From contig WLWY01000006.1 in assembly GCA_012103325.1 (NCBI GenBank), positions 337,087 through 401,086 of the forward strand: DNA of 64,000 nt, given 5' to 3'. Under the pieces are notes generated by a model, which saw only the letters and a program-made list of their open reading frames with translations, was not told the origin of the DNA and searched no databases. Positions within the stretch are counted from its first letter, which is position 1. The number at the start of each line of letters is the position of its first letter. Below, piece by piece: positions 47,640-56,088 of the stretch. A program made the translations under genes and the position numbers. The stretch is from Alphaproteobacteria bacterium. Its GTDB lineage: Bacteria > Pseudomonadota > Alphaproteobacteria > UBA8366 > GCA-2717185.

Positions 47640-50600
47640 ATGTCGGAAAACCAAATCCATCTGCTGTCGACCAAGCGATTCCTGCCGCTGTTCGTCACGC
47701 AGGCGCTCGGCGCGCTGAACGACAATCTGTTCAAGAACGCGCTGGCCTTGCTAATCATCTACCGGATCGCCGAGGCGGCGGACATCAATGGACAGATCAT
47801 GGTCACCATCGCCGGCGGCATTTTCATCCTGCCGTTCTTCCTGTTCTCCGCCGTGGCGGGCCAGATCGCCGACAAGTTCGAAAAATCCCGTTTGATCCGG
47901 ATTATCAAGGCGGCCGAAGTCGTCATCATGGCGCTGGCGGCGGTCGGGTTCGTCTTCGGCAATGTGTATTTCCTGCTGACCGTCCTGTTCCTGATGGGCA
48001 TGCAATCGTCGTTCTTCGGCCCGATCAAATACGGCATCCTTCCCGACCATCTGGCGAAAGACGAGCTGATCGGCGGCAATGCCCTCATCGAGGCGGGGAC
48101 GTTTCTCGCCATTCTCATCGGCACGATTGCGGGCGGGCTGCTGATCCTGCAGCAGGGCGGCATCGCCGTTGTTTCCAGCGGCGTAATCCTTCTTGCGATC
48201 CTCGGCCTGGCCAGCAGTTTCGCCATTCCGAAAGCGCCGGCACCTGCCCCAACGCTCAAGATCAATCCCAACTTCCTGGCGGAGACCGGGGCGCTCGTCA
48301 AAATGGCCGCCGATCAACGGGACATTTTCCTCTCCATCCTCGGCATTTCCTGGTTCTGGCTCGTTGGCGCGACCTTCCTGGCCCAGTTTCCGGCCTTCGC
48401 CAAGGACATCCTGTCTGCCGACGAGACCGTCGTTACGCTGTTCCTGACCTTGTTCTCTGTCGGTATCGCCATCGGGTCGCTGCTCTGCAACAAGCTGCTC
48501 AAGGGAAACATCTCCGCGAAATATGTTCCCCTCGCTGCCATCGGCATGGCGGCTTTTATCACCGATCTTTATTTCGCCAGCCAGGCTCACACGCCATCGC
48601 CATCGCTGATTTCAGCCTTCGCTTTCTTATCGGAACCGGCGAATTGGCGGATCGTGTTCGATCTGCTCGCCATATCGGTCTGCGGCGGGCTTTTCATCGT
48701 ACCGCTCTACGCCATCCTGCAGACCCGCAGCGAGGAGGCCTTTCGCTCCCGGATGGTCGCCGCGAACAACATCATGAATGCCCTGTTCATGGTCACCGGC
48801 GCGCTGGCGGCGACAGCGATGCTGGCGGCAAGCTTCTCGGTTCCGGAAGTCTTCCTGGCCCTGGCGGTCCTGAACGGCTTCGTCGCCCTCTATATCTGCC
48901 GCCTGCTGCCCGACGCCCTGATCAAAGCCTTCCTGATTTCCACCCTGAAGCTCTTCTACAGGGTCGAGGTCCGCGGCCTGGAGCATTACGGCAAGGCCGG
49001 CGACCGGGCGGTCATCGTCGTCAACCATGTCTCTTTCCTCGACGCCGTGCTGCTTGCAGCATACCTGCCGGTAAAGCCGCTCTTCGCAATTGACACGCAC
49101 CATGCCGAGGCATGGTGGATCAAACCCTTCCTGCGGCTCGTCGACGCCTTTCCCATGGACCCGACCAACCCGATGGCAACCAAGTCGCTGATCAAGGCCG
49201 TGCGGGAGGACCGCCATTGCGTTATTTTTCCCGAAGGCCGCATCACGGTCACCGGGGCGCTGATGAAAATCTACGAAGGCCCCGGCATGATCGCCGACAA
49301 GGCCGACGCGATGCTGGTGCCGATCCGCATCGACGGGGCGCAATACAGCCCCTTCTCGCGCCTCAAGGGAAAGGTCCGCATTCGCTGGTTTCCGAAAATC
49401 ACCGTGACGATCATGCCGCCCCGACGGTTCGACATCGCCGAGGAGATCGTCGGCCGCGAGCGGCGGCAGATGGCGGGCGTAAAGCTGTACGATGTGATGA
49501 GCGAAATGGTCTTCGAAACCTGCGACCGCCGGCAAACCCTATTCGAGGCGTTGCTGGACGCGCAGTCCCTGAACGGCAGAAAACATGTCATTGCCGAGGA
49601 TGTCGAACGCCAGCCGATCTCATACGGCCGCCTGGTCACGGGTGCGCTCGTGCTGGGCCGGACGCTCGCCCGGGTGACAAAGCCCGGCCAATATGTCGGC
49701 TTCCTGTTGCCGAATTCGGTCGGCGCGATTGTCACCTTCTTTGCGCTGCAGGCGTTCGGGCGAGTCCCGGCCATGCTGAATTTCTCCACCGGCACCGCGA
49801 ACATGCAGGCGGCGCTCACCGCCGGCAACATCGAAACGGTCGTAACGTCGCGCCGCTTCGTGGAACTCGGCAAGCTGGAGGACGCCGTCGCCGCCCTCGG
49901 GACCCAGGCGGAGATCGTGTATCTCGAAGATGTGCGGCAGGAGATTTCCCTTATCGACAAACTGTTGGGCCTGTTCTCACGCCATTTCGCGCGGTCCATC
50001 CACGAAAGCCACGCCGCCCCGCCCGACGCGCCGGCGGTTATCCTGTTCACGTCGGGATCGGAAGGCACGCCGAAGGGAGTCGTGCTGAGCCACGAGAACC
50101 TGTTGGCCAACCGCTATCAGCTGGCCGCACGGATCGACTTCAATCCCACGGACACCGTGTTCAACGCCTTGCCCATCTTTCATTCCTTCGGCCTCACCGG
50201 CGGCACGTTGCTGCCCATGCTGTCGGGCGTGAAGACGTTTCTCTACCCCTCACCGTTGCATTACCGGATCGTGCCGGCCCTGGTCTACGACACCAATGCG
50301 ACGATCATGTTCGGCACCGATACGTTCCTGACCGGCTATGCAAGGGTGGCGCACCCCTACGACTTCTACAGCCTGCGTTACGTTTTCGCCGGTGCGGAGA
50401 AGGTCAAGGACGAGACGCGCCGCGTCTGGTCCGACAAATTCGGCCTGCGCATTCTGGAAGGCTATGGCGCCACCGAAACGGCACCGGTGATCGCGGCCAA
50501 CACCCCGATGCATTTCAAGGCGAGGACCGTAGGGCGTGCGATGCCGGGCATCGAATGCGAACTGGAGCCGGTGCCGGGGATCGAGGAAGGCGGCAAACTG

Positions 50601-51056
50601 ATCGTGTCCGGCCCGAACGTCATGCTGGGCTATCTACGCGCCGAGAATCCCGGCGTTCTGGAAGCGACGGAGAACAACCGCTACGACACCGGAGACATCG
50701 TCACGATCGACGGCGAAGGCTTCATCACCATCCAGGGCCGCGCCAAACGCTTCGCCAAAATCGCCGGCGAAATGGTGTCGCTGACCGCCGTCGAAGCCCT
50801 GGCCGCCGCCGTCTGGCCGAACCACATGCACGCCGCCATGAGCATTCCGGATGCCCGCAAGGGCGAACAGATCGTCCTGCTGACCGAAAACCCGGACGCT
50901 GTCCGTGCCGAATTGTCGAACCACGCCCAGTCGAACGGCATGTCCGAACTCGCCGTGCCCCGCACCGTGCAAACGGTTGCCGCCATTCCCGTGCTGGGCA
51001 CAGGCAAGGTGGACTATGTCGGCGTCGGGGCGCTGCTCTCCACGACAGCGGTTTGA
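47640..51056 (+). CDS. Acyl-[ACP]--phospholipid O-acyltransferase (LplT-like MFS + PlsC + acyl-ACP synthetase fusion; Aas-like)
   Basis: MFS (GALNDNLFKNAL, FGPIKYGILP), PlsC motifs NHVSFLD and FPEGR, adenylation motifs FTSGSEGTPKG, EGYGATE and YDTGD. GAGGAG RBS before ATG 47640. Confidence 0.92.
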   Translation: MSENQIHLLSTKRFLPLFVTQALGALNDNLFKNALALLIIYRIAEAADINGQIMVTIAGGIFILPFFLFSAVAGQIADKFEKSRLIRIIKAAEVVIMALAAVGFVFGNVYFLLTVLFLMGMQSSFFGPIKYGILPDHLAKDELIGGNALIEAGTFLAILIGTIAGGLLILQQGGIAVVSSGVILLAILGLASSFAIPKAPAPAPTLKINPNFLAETGALVKMAADQRDIFLSILGISWFWLVGATFLAQFPAFAKDILSADETVVTLFLTLFSVGIAIGSLLCNKLLKGNISAKYVPLAAIGMAAFITDLYFASQAHTPSPSLISAFAFLSEPANWRIVFDLLAISVCGGLFIVPLYAILQTRSEEAFRSRMVAANNIMNALFMVTGALAATAMLAASFSVPEVFLALAVLNGFVALYICRLLPDALIKAFLISTLKLFYRVEVRGLEHYGKAGDRAVIVVNHVSFLDAVLLAAYLPVKPLFAIDTHHAEAWWIKPFLRLVDAFPMDPTNPMATKSLIKAVREDRHCVIFPEGRITVTGALMKIYEGPGMIADKADAMLVPIRIDGAQYSPFSRLKGKVRIRWFPKITVTIMPPRRFDIAEEIVGRERRQMAGVKLYDVMSEMVFETCDRRQTLFEALLDAQSLNGRKHVIAEDVERQPISYGRLVTGALVLGRTLARVTKPGQYVGFLLPNSVGAIVTFFALQAFGRVPAMLNFSTGTANMQAALTAGNIETVVTSRRFVELGKLEDAVAALGTQAEIVYLEDVRQEISLIDKLLGLFSRHFARSIHESHAAPPDAPAVILFTSGSEGTPKGVVLSHENLLANRYQLAARIDFNPTDTVFNALPIFHSFGLTGGTLLPMLSGVKTFLYPSPLHYRIVPALVYDTNATIMFGTDTFLTGYARVAHPYDFYSLRYVFAGAEKVKDETRRVWSDKFGLRILEGYGATETAPVIAANTPMHFKARTVGRAMPGIECELEPVPGIEEGGKLIVSGPNVMLGYLRAENPGVLEATENNRYDTGDIVTIDGEGFITIQGRAKRFAKIAGEMVSLTAVEALAAAVWPNHMHAAMSIPDARKGEQIVLLTENPDAVRAELSNHAQSNGMSELAVPRTVQTVAAIPVLGTGKVDYVGVGALLSTTAV

Positions 51057-51065
51057 GCCCGAATC

Positions 51066-51854
51066 ATGGACCGCCTGACATTCACGCACCGCATCCTGAT
51101 CCTGGGCATAATGTTCAGCGCGACACTGGCCGCGCTTGGCTTCGTCCCCCCTATTCCGCAAGACCCGAACTACCACAACCTTGCCGATCCGCGGCCTTAT
51201 CTAGGTATTCCGAATTTCGGCGACGTTACCTCGAATGCCGGATTCCTGATTGTCGGCGTCCTCGGTCTCATGACGGTTCTGGGGCGGAAGGGCAGAGAAA
51301 TATTCACCAACCGAACGGACGCGTTGCCCTACATCGTGTTCTTCGCCGGTGTCGGTTTGGTCAGCATCGGATCAAGCTACTATCACCTCGTGCCCGACAA
51401 TGACCGGCTGTTCTGGGACCGCCTGCCGATGACAATCGCCTTCACGGCCTTGTTCTCGGCAATCGTCGCCGACCGTATCGACCGCACCACCGGCATAAAA
51501 TGGCTGTTGCCGATACTCATCGCCCTCGGGATCGCCAGCCTGCTCTATTGGGACTGGACCGAGAGCCAGGGCCGCGGCGATTTGCGGTTCTATGGACTCG
51601 TGCAGTTCTATCCGATGATTGCGCTTCCGGTGATCTGCTGGCTGTTCCCGAAGGCGCGCTATACCGGCGGCGGTTATCTGATCTGGGTAATCTTCTGGTA
51701 CGCGGCGGCCAAGGTTCTGGAATATTTCGACGCTGAAATCCTCGCCTTGCTCGGCGGCGCGGTTAGCGGCCACAGCTTGAAACACCTCGCGGCCGCCATG
51801 GCGACGCTTGCTGTGCTGAGGATGGTCGCGGGTTCACGGCGCCCTGCCGTGTAG
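51066..51854 (+). CDS. CREST-superfamily membrane hydrolase (alkaline ceramidase-like)
   Basis: Multi-pass membrane protein with PQD..YH..AD, SN, SSYYH, WDRLPM and GHSLKH metal motifs. Confidence 0.8.
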   Translation: MDRLTFTHRILILGIMFSATLAALGFVPPIPQDPNYHNLADPRPYLGIPNFGDVTSNAGFLIVGVLGLMTVLGRKGREIFTNRTDALPYIVFFAGVGLVSIGSSYYHLVPDNDRLFWDRLPMTIAFTALFSAIVADRIDRTTGIKWLLPILIALGIASLLYWDWTESQGRGDLRFYGLVQFYPMIALPVICWLFPKARYTGGGYLIWVIFWYAAAKVLEYFDAEILALLGGAVSGHSLKHLAAAMATLAVLRMVAGSRRPAV

Positions 51855-51906
51855 GATGCGAATTCGAAAACGCCGGACGAGCGCTCAAATTGAGCCGCAA
51901 AAATAT

Positions 51907-52446
51907 TTAGTCTAAATGAACTGTCCTACCCTGTTCGAAGAGGGCGCAGGTAAGAAGCTCTTGCCACAACAGGCGTTCCGGTTCTTGATTTTTGGTTATT
52001 TGGATTCCGTCTTTGGTTCCATGATCTATTCCCTTAGCATAGTTCTGTGAACCATTTTTCCAAAAATTATTCGAACATGATTCAAAATTTGAGAAAAAAT
52101 CTTCCGCAAGGACTCCATAGGACTGCACTTGTTCGATAAACAAAAACAAATGCTCTGCTACGAAATTTATTATGCGGTCTTCGTTATCTTTCTTCTTTTC
52201 AGATTTTATCTTCCTAAGTTCTTTTGTGGACAGAATTTGGACAAAACCACGTATATATCCGTGTAGATATCCATTATTTAGAATAGGTTTAAAAAATATA
52301 CTATGTTCTTGGTGTTATTCAATTATTTCCATTTGTATTCTTATAGCTAATACTATTGGAGATCCTACATTCCATAAATTTTCGTCGTCGATCCATTCAT
52401 CCTTCGAAAAATTGAACATCTGTGCAATCTTCGAAAAATTGAACAT
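51907..52446 (-). pseudogene. AT-rich hypothetical gene interrupted by one in-frame TAA
   Basis: AAGGA RBS and ATG 52446, then MFNFSKIAQMFNFSKDEW...MEIIE*, TAA at 52315-52317, then an open frame that continues into the ORF 51907..52149. Confidence 0.6.
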
Positions 52447-52451
52447 CTGTG
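52402..52451. repeat. Direct repeat, 23 bp x2, 27-bp period
   Basis: CTTCGAAAAATTGAACATCTGTG at 52402-52424 and 52429-52451. Confidence 0.9.
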
Positions 52452-52483
52452 TGATCCTTGATCCTCAATCATGGGCCAATTAC

Positions 52484-52517
52484 ACGCTCCTGGTTATAGA
52501 ATTATAACGAGGAGCGT
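52484..52517. other. Near-perfect hairpin with 15-bp arms
   Basis: ACGCTCCTGGTTATA-GAAT-TATAACGAGGAGCGT, 1 mismatch. Confidence 0.7.
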
Positions 52518-52583
52518 CTCACTGTGTCTAATTTGAATTCGACATTCAAAAGCACCATTTGATGTCGCGTAGAACATGAAATA

Positions 52584-52685
52584 TGAATAGCCCCGAGTTT
52601 TCTAGACACCCTCGGTTCATATATCCTTCTGCCGTTCGAACTCGACGGGCGACAGCATCCCGTTCCTCACATGCTTGCGTTTCGC
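52584..52685 (-). mobile_element. IS3-family remnant: transposase C-terminus plus right inverted repeat
   Basis: Minus strand encodes KRKHVRNGMLSPVEFERQ..*TEGV*, followed by GGTGTCTAGAAAACTCGGGGCTATTCA, an IS3-type end terminating in CA. Confidence 0.8.
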
Positions 52686-52696
52686 ACATGAAGCCT

Positions 52697-52860
52697 AGGG
52701 TCAGGTCTTGCAATACGACAAATCCACCAACGTTAGCTCGTCTAATTAGCTCTGTCCCACGCCGCGAGATTTTAGATTGCTCCAGCGAGTATTATTCGCA
52801 AAGGTCAAGCTGCTCGGCAGCAGTTCATGAGACAATCGTAGGATTGCAAGACCTGAGCCT
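52697..52860. repeat. Inverted repeat pair (REP doublet or MITE-like)
   Basis: AGGGTCAGGTCTTGCAAT (52697-52714) and ATTGCAAGACCTGAGCCT (52843-52860), 1 mismatch. Confidence 0.65.
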
Positions 52861-53008
52861 GAAGTTCTGCGATACTATATTCGTTGGCAGAGACCTGCGT
52901 CGTGTTGCGAATGATTGCGGTAGCACCGTACTGGAAATGATTCGCCTGACGCCTTTCGCCACCGTGGTCTAAAATACCTGGCATCGCGAACCGAAGTTTG
53001 GATTATGG

Positions 53009-53623
53009 ATGCCGTTTCGCCGCGCTGCCTTATGGATATCATTTTCTGCTGCGATCCTCATGTCGCCACGCGTGCAAGCAGATGACATCGTCTTGCATGC
53101 AGCGAAAGATGTCGAATGTCCCGTAGCGGTTACGGCCGACAAAAAATGGCACGTCCTGAAGGTTCGAGTCTCGCCCGACAATACCGATGGAGGCCGGTGC
53201 AGAATCGATAAAGAGAAGACCCAGAGGGCCCTAACGTTTGCATTTCGAGCGCTAGCCGAAAGTGGTGACCCAACACGCTACGAATCGGTATTTTTGGGAC
53301 GCATCGAATTCTACAAATGGCTCAGCCGTTATCTCGTGGTCCGTGCCCGCGGGCATCAAGATTAGTCGACGGAAACGGGCCGACCGGCGCGGGACAAAAA
53401 CATTAACGCTTTGGTGAACGGAATTTTGGGCGAGCCCACCGTGTTGGATGCTCTACGCCCTGCCCTCCAGCGTGCCGGGTATCGGCCGGCCGGGTTCTCC
53501 TGCGAGAAAGTTCTCGTGTCCGGCCCCGGCACCCGGCATGTCGAGCCCGCGTGGGCGTCGAAGGCGAAACACGTTCCCTACGATGCGATGTGCTGGCTGA
53601 AACTGGAAAAGGGGAGCGGGTGA
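53009..53623 (+). pseudogene. Exported hypothetical gene split by one in-frame TAG
   Basis: ORFs 53009..53365 and 53411..53623 are in the same frame, joined as ...GHQD*STETGRPARDKNINALVNGIL.... Signal-peptide-like N-terminus. Confidence 0.65.
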
Positions 53624-53648
53624 CGCCACCCACCCATTTCATTGATTT

Positions 53649-53795
53649 CGTCATCCTCGACTTGATCGAGGATCCAGTCCACTGCAGAAAGGCCACCGTC
53701 CCCGCGAAGGTTTGCGTTGGGCGCGCGAAGCCATTTCTTTAACCGGCTGTCGGAATTCACCGTTTCCTGGATCCCGCATCAAGTGCGGGATGACG
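53649..53795. repeat. Inverted pair of alphaproteobacterial REP-like palindromes
   Basis: CGTCATCCTCGACTTGATCGAGGATCCAG (53649-53677) and CTGGATCCCGCATCAAGTGCGGGATGACG (53767-53795). Confidence 0.75.
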
Positions 53796-53971
53796 GCCTT
53801 TGTTGCTGGAAGCGGAGGCGCGCTATTGGCAATTGCCCCGCCGCGAGACGGCCAAAACGAATAAGCGTCCCTTCCAATCGGTCAATTCGGCATTACCTGA
53901 AAGACTTCGGACGAACCGACAAGAAAATCTTTACGGCGTATGCGGTATCGCTGAGGCGAAAGGACGAATTT

Positions 53972-56050
53972 ATGACGGGCAATTCAACGAAGACAATCGA
54001 CGTCAACCCGGCGATAGCGGCCTGGAACGGCCCGCTGGGCTTGCCCGAATTCGCGAAAATTGCGGACCGGGATTTAGAGGCCGCGTTCGACGCCGCCCTG
54101 CCCGCGCATTTGGCGGACATCGAAGCGATTGCCAACAATTCCGAAGCGCCGACCTTCGAAAACACCATCGTGGCATTGGAATTGGCGGGTGAGCTGTTGG
54201 ACCGGGCGTCCGGCATTTTCTGGAACCTGTCCGGGGCAAATACGAACGACACGCTGCAGGCGCTGGAGCGTAAGCTTTCCCCCGAATTCTCCCGGCACTA
54301 CTCCGCCATCATGATGAACCGCGCGTTGTTCGGCCGTATCGACGCGCTGTATCGGGACCGGGATGGCCTCGGTCTCGATGCGGAGGCCAGCCGCGTGCTG
54401 GAACTGACCTGGAAGTCCTTCGTGCGGTCGGGCGCGCAGCTCGACGATGCGGATCAGACACGGCTCGCGGCAATCAACGAACGTCTTGCGACACTCGGCA
54501 CAGCGTTTTCGCAGAATGTGCTGGCCGACGAATCCGGTTATGCGTTGGTGCTTGAAACGAAGGAAGATCTGGCGGGACTGCCGGACTCGCTGGTTGCCAG
54601 TATGGGCGCGGCGGCGGCCGAGCGCGGCCACGCGGGCAAGCATGCCGTGACCTTGTCGCGGTCGATCATCGAGCCGTTCCTGACCTTCTCGACGCGGCGC
54701 GATTTGCGCGAGACGGCCTTCCAGGCCTGGATCGCCCGGGGCGAGCATGCGGGTGAGCACGACAATCGCCCGATTGTCACGGAGATGGTGAAGCTGCGCG
54801 CCGAGAAAGCGGCGCTGCTCGGATACGACAGCTTCGCGCATTTCAAGCTGGACAATACCATGGCGAAGACGCCGGAGACCGTCCGTTCGCTACTCGAAAC
54901 CGTATGGGAAAAGGCGTGCGGCCGCGCCGCCGAAGAAACGGCAGAGCTTGCCGGCCTGATCTCGGCGGAGGGCCACAATCACGACGTCGCGCCGTGGGAT
55001 TGGCGCCATTACAGCGAAAAGGCGCGGGCAGCACGGTACGATTTCAACGAAGCGGAGATAAAGCCGTATCTGCAGCTGGAGAAGATGATCGACGCGGCCT
55101 TCCATACGGCAGAGAATCTGTTCGGCATCACCTTCCGCAAACATGACGATGTGAAAGCCTATCACCCCGATGTGCGGATCTTCGAAGTACTCGGCGCGGA
55201 CGGCAAGCGGATCGCGGTCTTCCTCGGCGATTACTTCGCCCGGCCATCGAAACGGTCCGGCGCGTGGATGAGTTCGTTTCAGGATCAGCACAAGCTGACG
55301 GCGGATGGCGAGGGCCAGACGCCGATCGTCGTGAACGTGTCCAACTTCGCCAAGGCGCCGGCGGGCGAACCGGTCCTGATCACCATGGATGACGCAAGAA
55401 CCCTGTTCCACGAATTCGGGCACGCCCTGCACGGCATGCTGTCGGACGTCACCTATCCGTCGATTTCCGGCACGTCGGTCAGCCGCGATTTCGTGGAACT
55501 GCCGTCGCAGCTGTACGAGCACTGGCTGACCGTGCCGGAGGTGCTGCAGCGTTTCGCGGTGCATCACGAAACCGGCGAGGCGATCCCCGAGGCGCTGCTC
55601 GACAAGATGCGGGCGGCCGAGAAGTTCAACAAGGGCTTCGCCAATGTGGAGTTCACGTCGTCGGCGCTCGTCGACATGGCGTTCCACACGCTCGACCCGA
55701 AACAAGCTGAAAATGTCGACCCGCTGGCCTTTCAGGCCGATGTTCTGGCCGGACTCGACATGCCCGCGGCGATCGTCATGCGCCACGCGACGCTGCATTT
55801 CAGCCACGTGTTCGCCGGCGACGGCTATTCGGCCGGGTACTATTCCTACATGTGGTCCGGCGTGCTCGACGCCGACGCGTTCCTCGCCTTCAAGGAAGCC
55901 GGCAATGCGTTCGACCCCGCAATCGCCGGCAAGCTCCACCGCTACATTTATTCGTCCGGCGGCTCCCTGGACCCGGAAGACGCCTACATCGCCTTCCGCG
56001 GCAAACTGCCCTCGCCGGACGCCCTGCTCGAGAAAGAGGGGCTGTCATAG
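53972..56050 (+). CDS. dcp: M3 metallopeptidase, peptidyl-dipeptidase Dcp-like
   Basis: KRSGAWM, FHEFGHALH, DFVELPSQ and YSAGYYSY.W motifs. Start placed at ATG 53972. Confidence 0.9.
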   Translation: MTGNSTKTIDVNPAIAAWNGPLGLPEFAKIADRDLEAAFDAALPAHLADIEAIANNSEAPTFENTIVALELAGELLDRASGIFWNLSGANTNDTLQALERKLSPEFSRHYSAIMMNRALFGRIDALYRDRDGLGLDAEASRVLELTWKSFVRSGAQLDDADQTRLAAINERLATLGTAFSQNVLADESGYALVLETKEDLAGLPDSLVASMGAAAAERGHAGKHAVTLSRSIIEPFLTFSTRRDLRETAFQAWIARGEHAGEHDNRPIVTEMVKLRAEKAALLGYDSFAHFKLDNTMAKTPETVRSLLETVWEKACGRAAEETAELAGLISAEGHNHDVAPWDWRHYSEKARAARYDFNEAEIKPYLQLEKMIDAAFHTAENLFGITFRKHDDVKAYHPDVRIFEVLGADGKRIAVFLGDYFARPSKRSGAWMSSFQDQHKLTADGEGQTPIVVNVSNFAKAPAGEPVLITMDDARTLFHEFGHALHGMLSDVTYPSISGTSVSRDFVELPSQLYEHWLTVPEVLQRFAVHHETGEAIPEALLDKMRAAEKFNKGFANVEFTSSALVDMAFHTLDPKQAENVDPLAFQADVLAGLDMPAAIVMRHATLHFSHVFAGDGYSAGYYSYMWSGVLDADAFLAFKEAGNAFDPAIAGKLHRYIYSSGGSLDPEDAYIAFRGKLPSPDALLEKEGLS

Positions 56051-56088
56051 AAATCGCAACTTGCTTTTAAACGTGTGCTCTATGTCGA

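Noticed and set aside
49112-51403. 763-aa plus-strand ORF
   Set aside because: Arg/Pro-rich alternative frame overlapping the Aas-like gene
52484-52517. Integron attC site
   Set aside because: It lacks terminal RYYYAAC/GTTRRRY boxes, is too short, and no integrase is present
52172-52972. Plus-strand ORFs 52172..52507 and 52583..52972
   Set aside because: They run antisense to the AT-rich pseudogene or across the IS3 and IR remnants, and show no protein-like motif
52315-53365. Stop-codon recoding to explain two neighbouring in-frame stops
   Set aside because: The two stops are different codons (TAA and TAG), both used as normal stops elsewhere in the window, so decay is the simpler explanation
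53717-53971. N-terminal extension of Dcp
   Set aside because: It runs through the REP element; an AAGGA RBS and ATG are present at 53972
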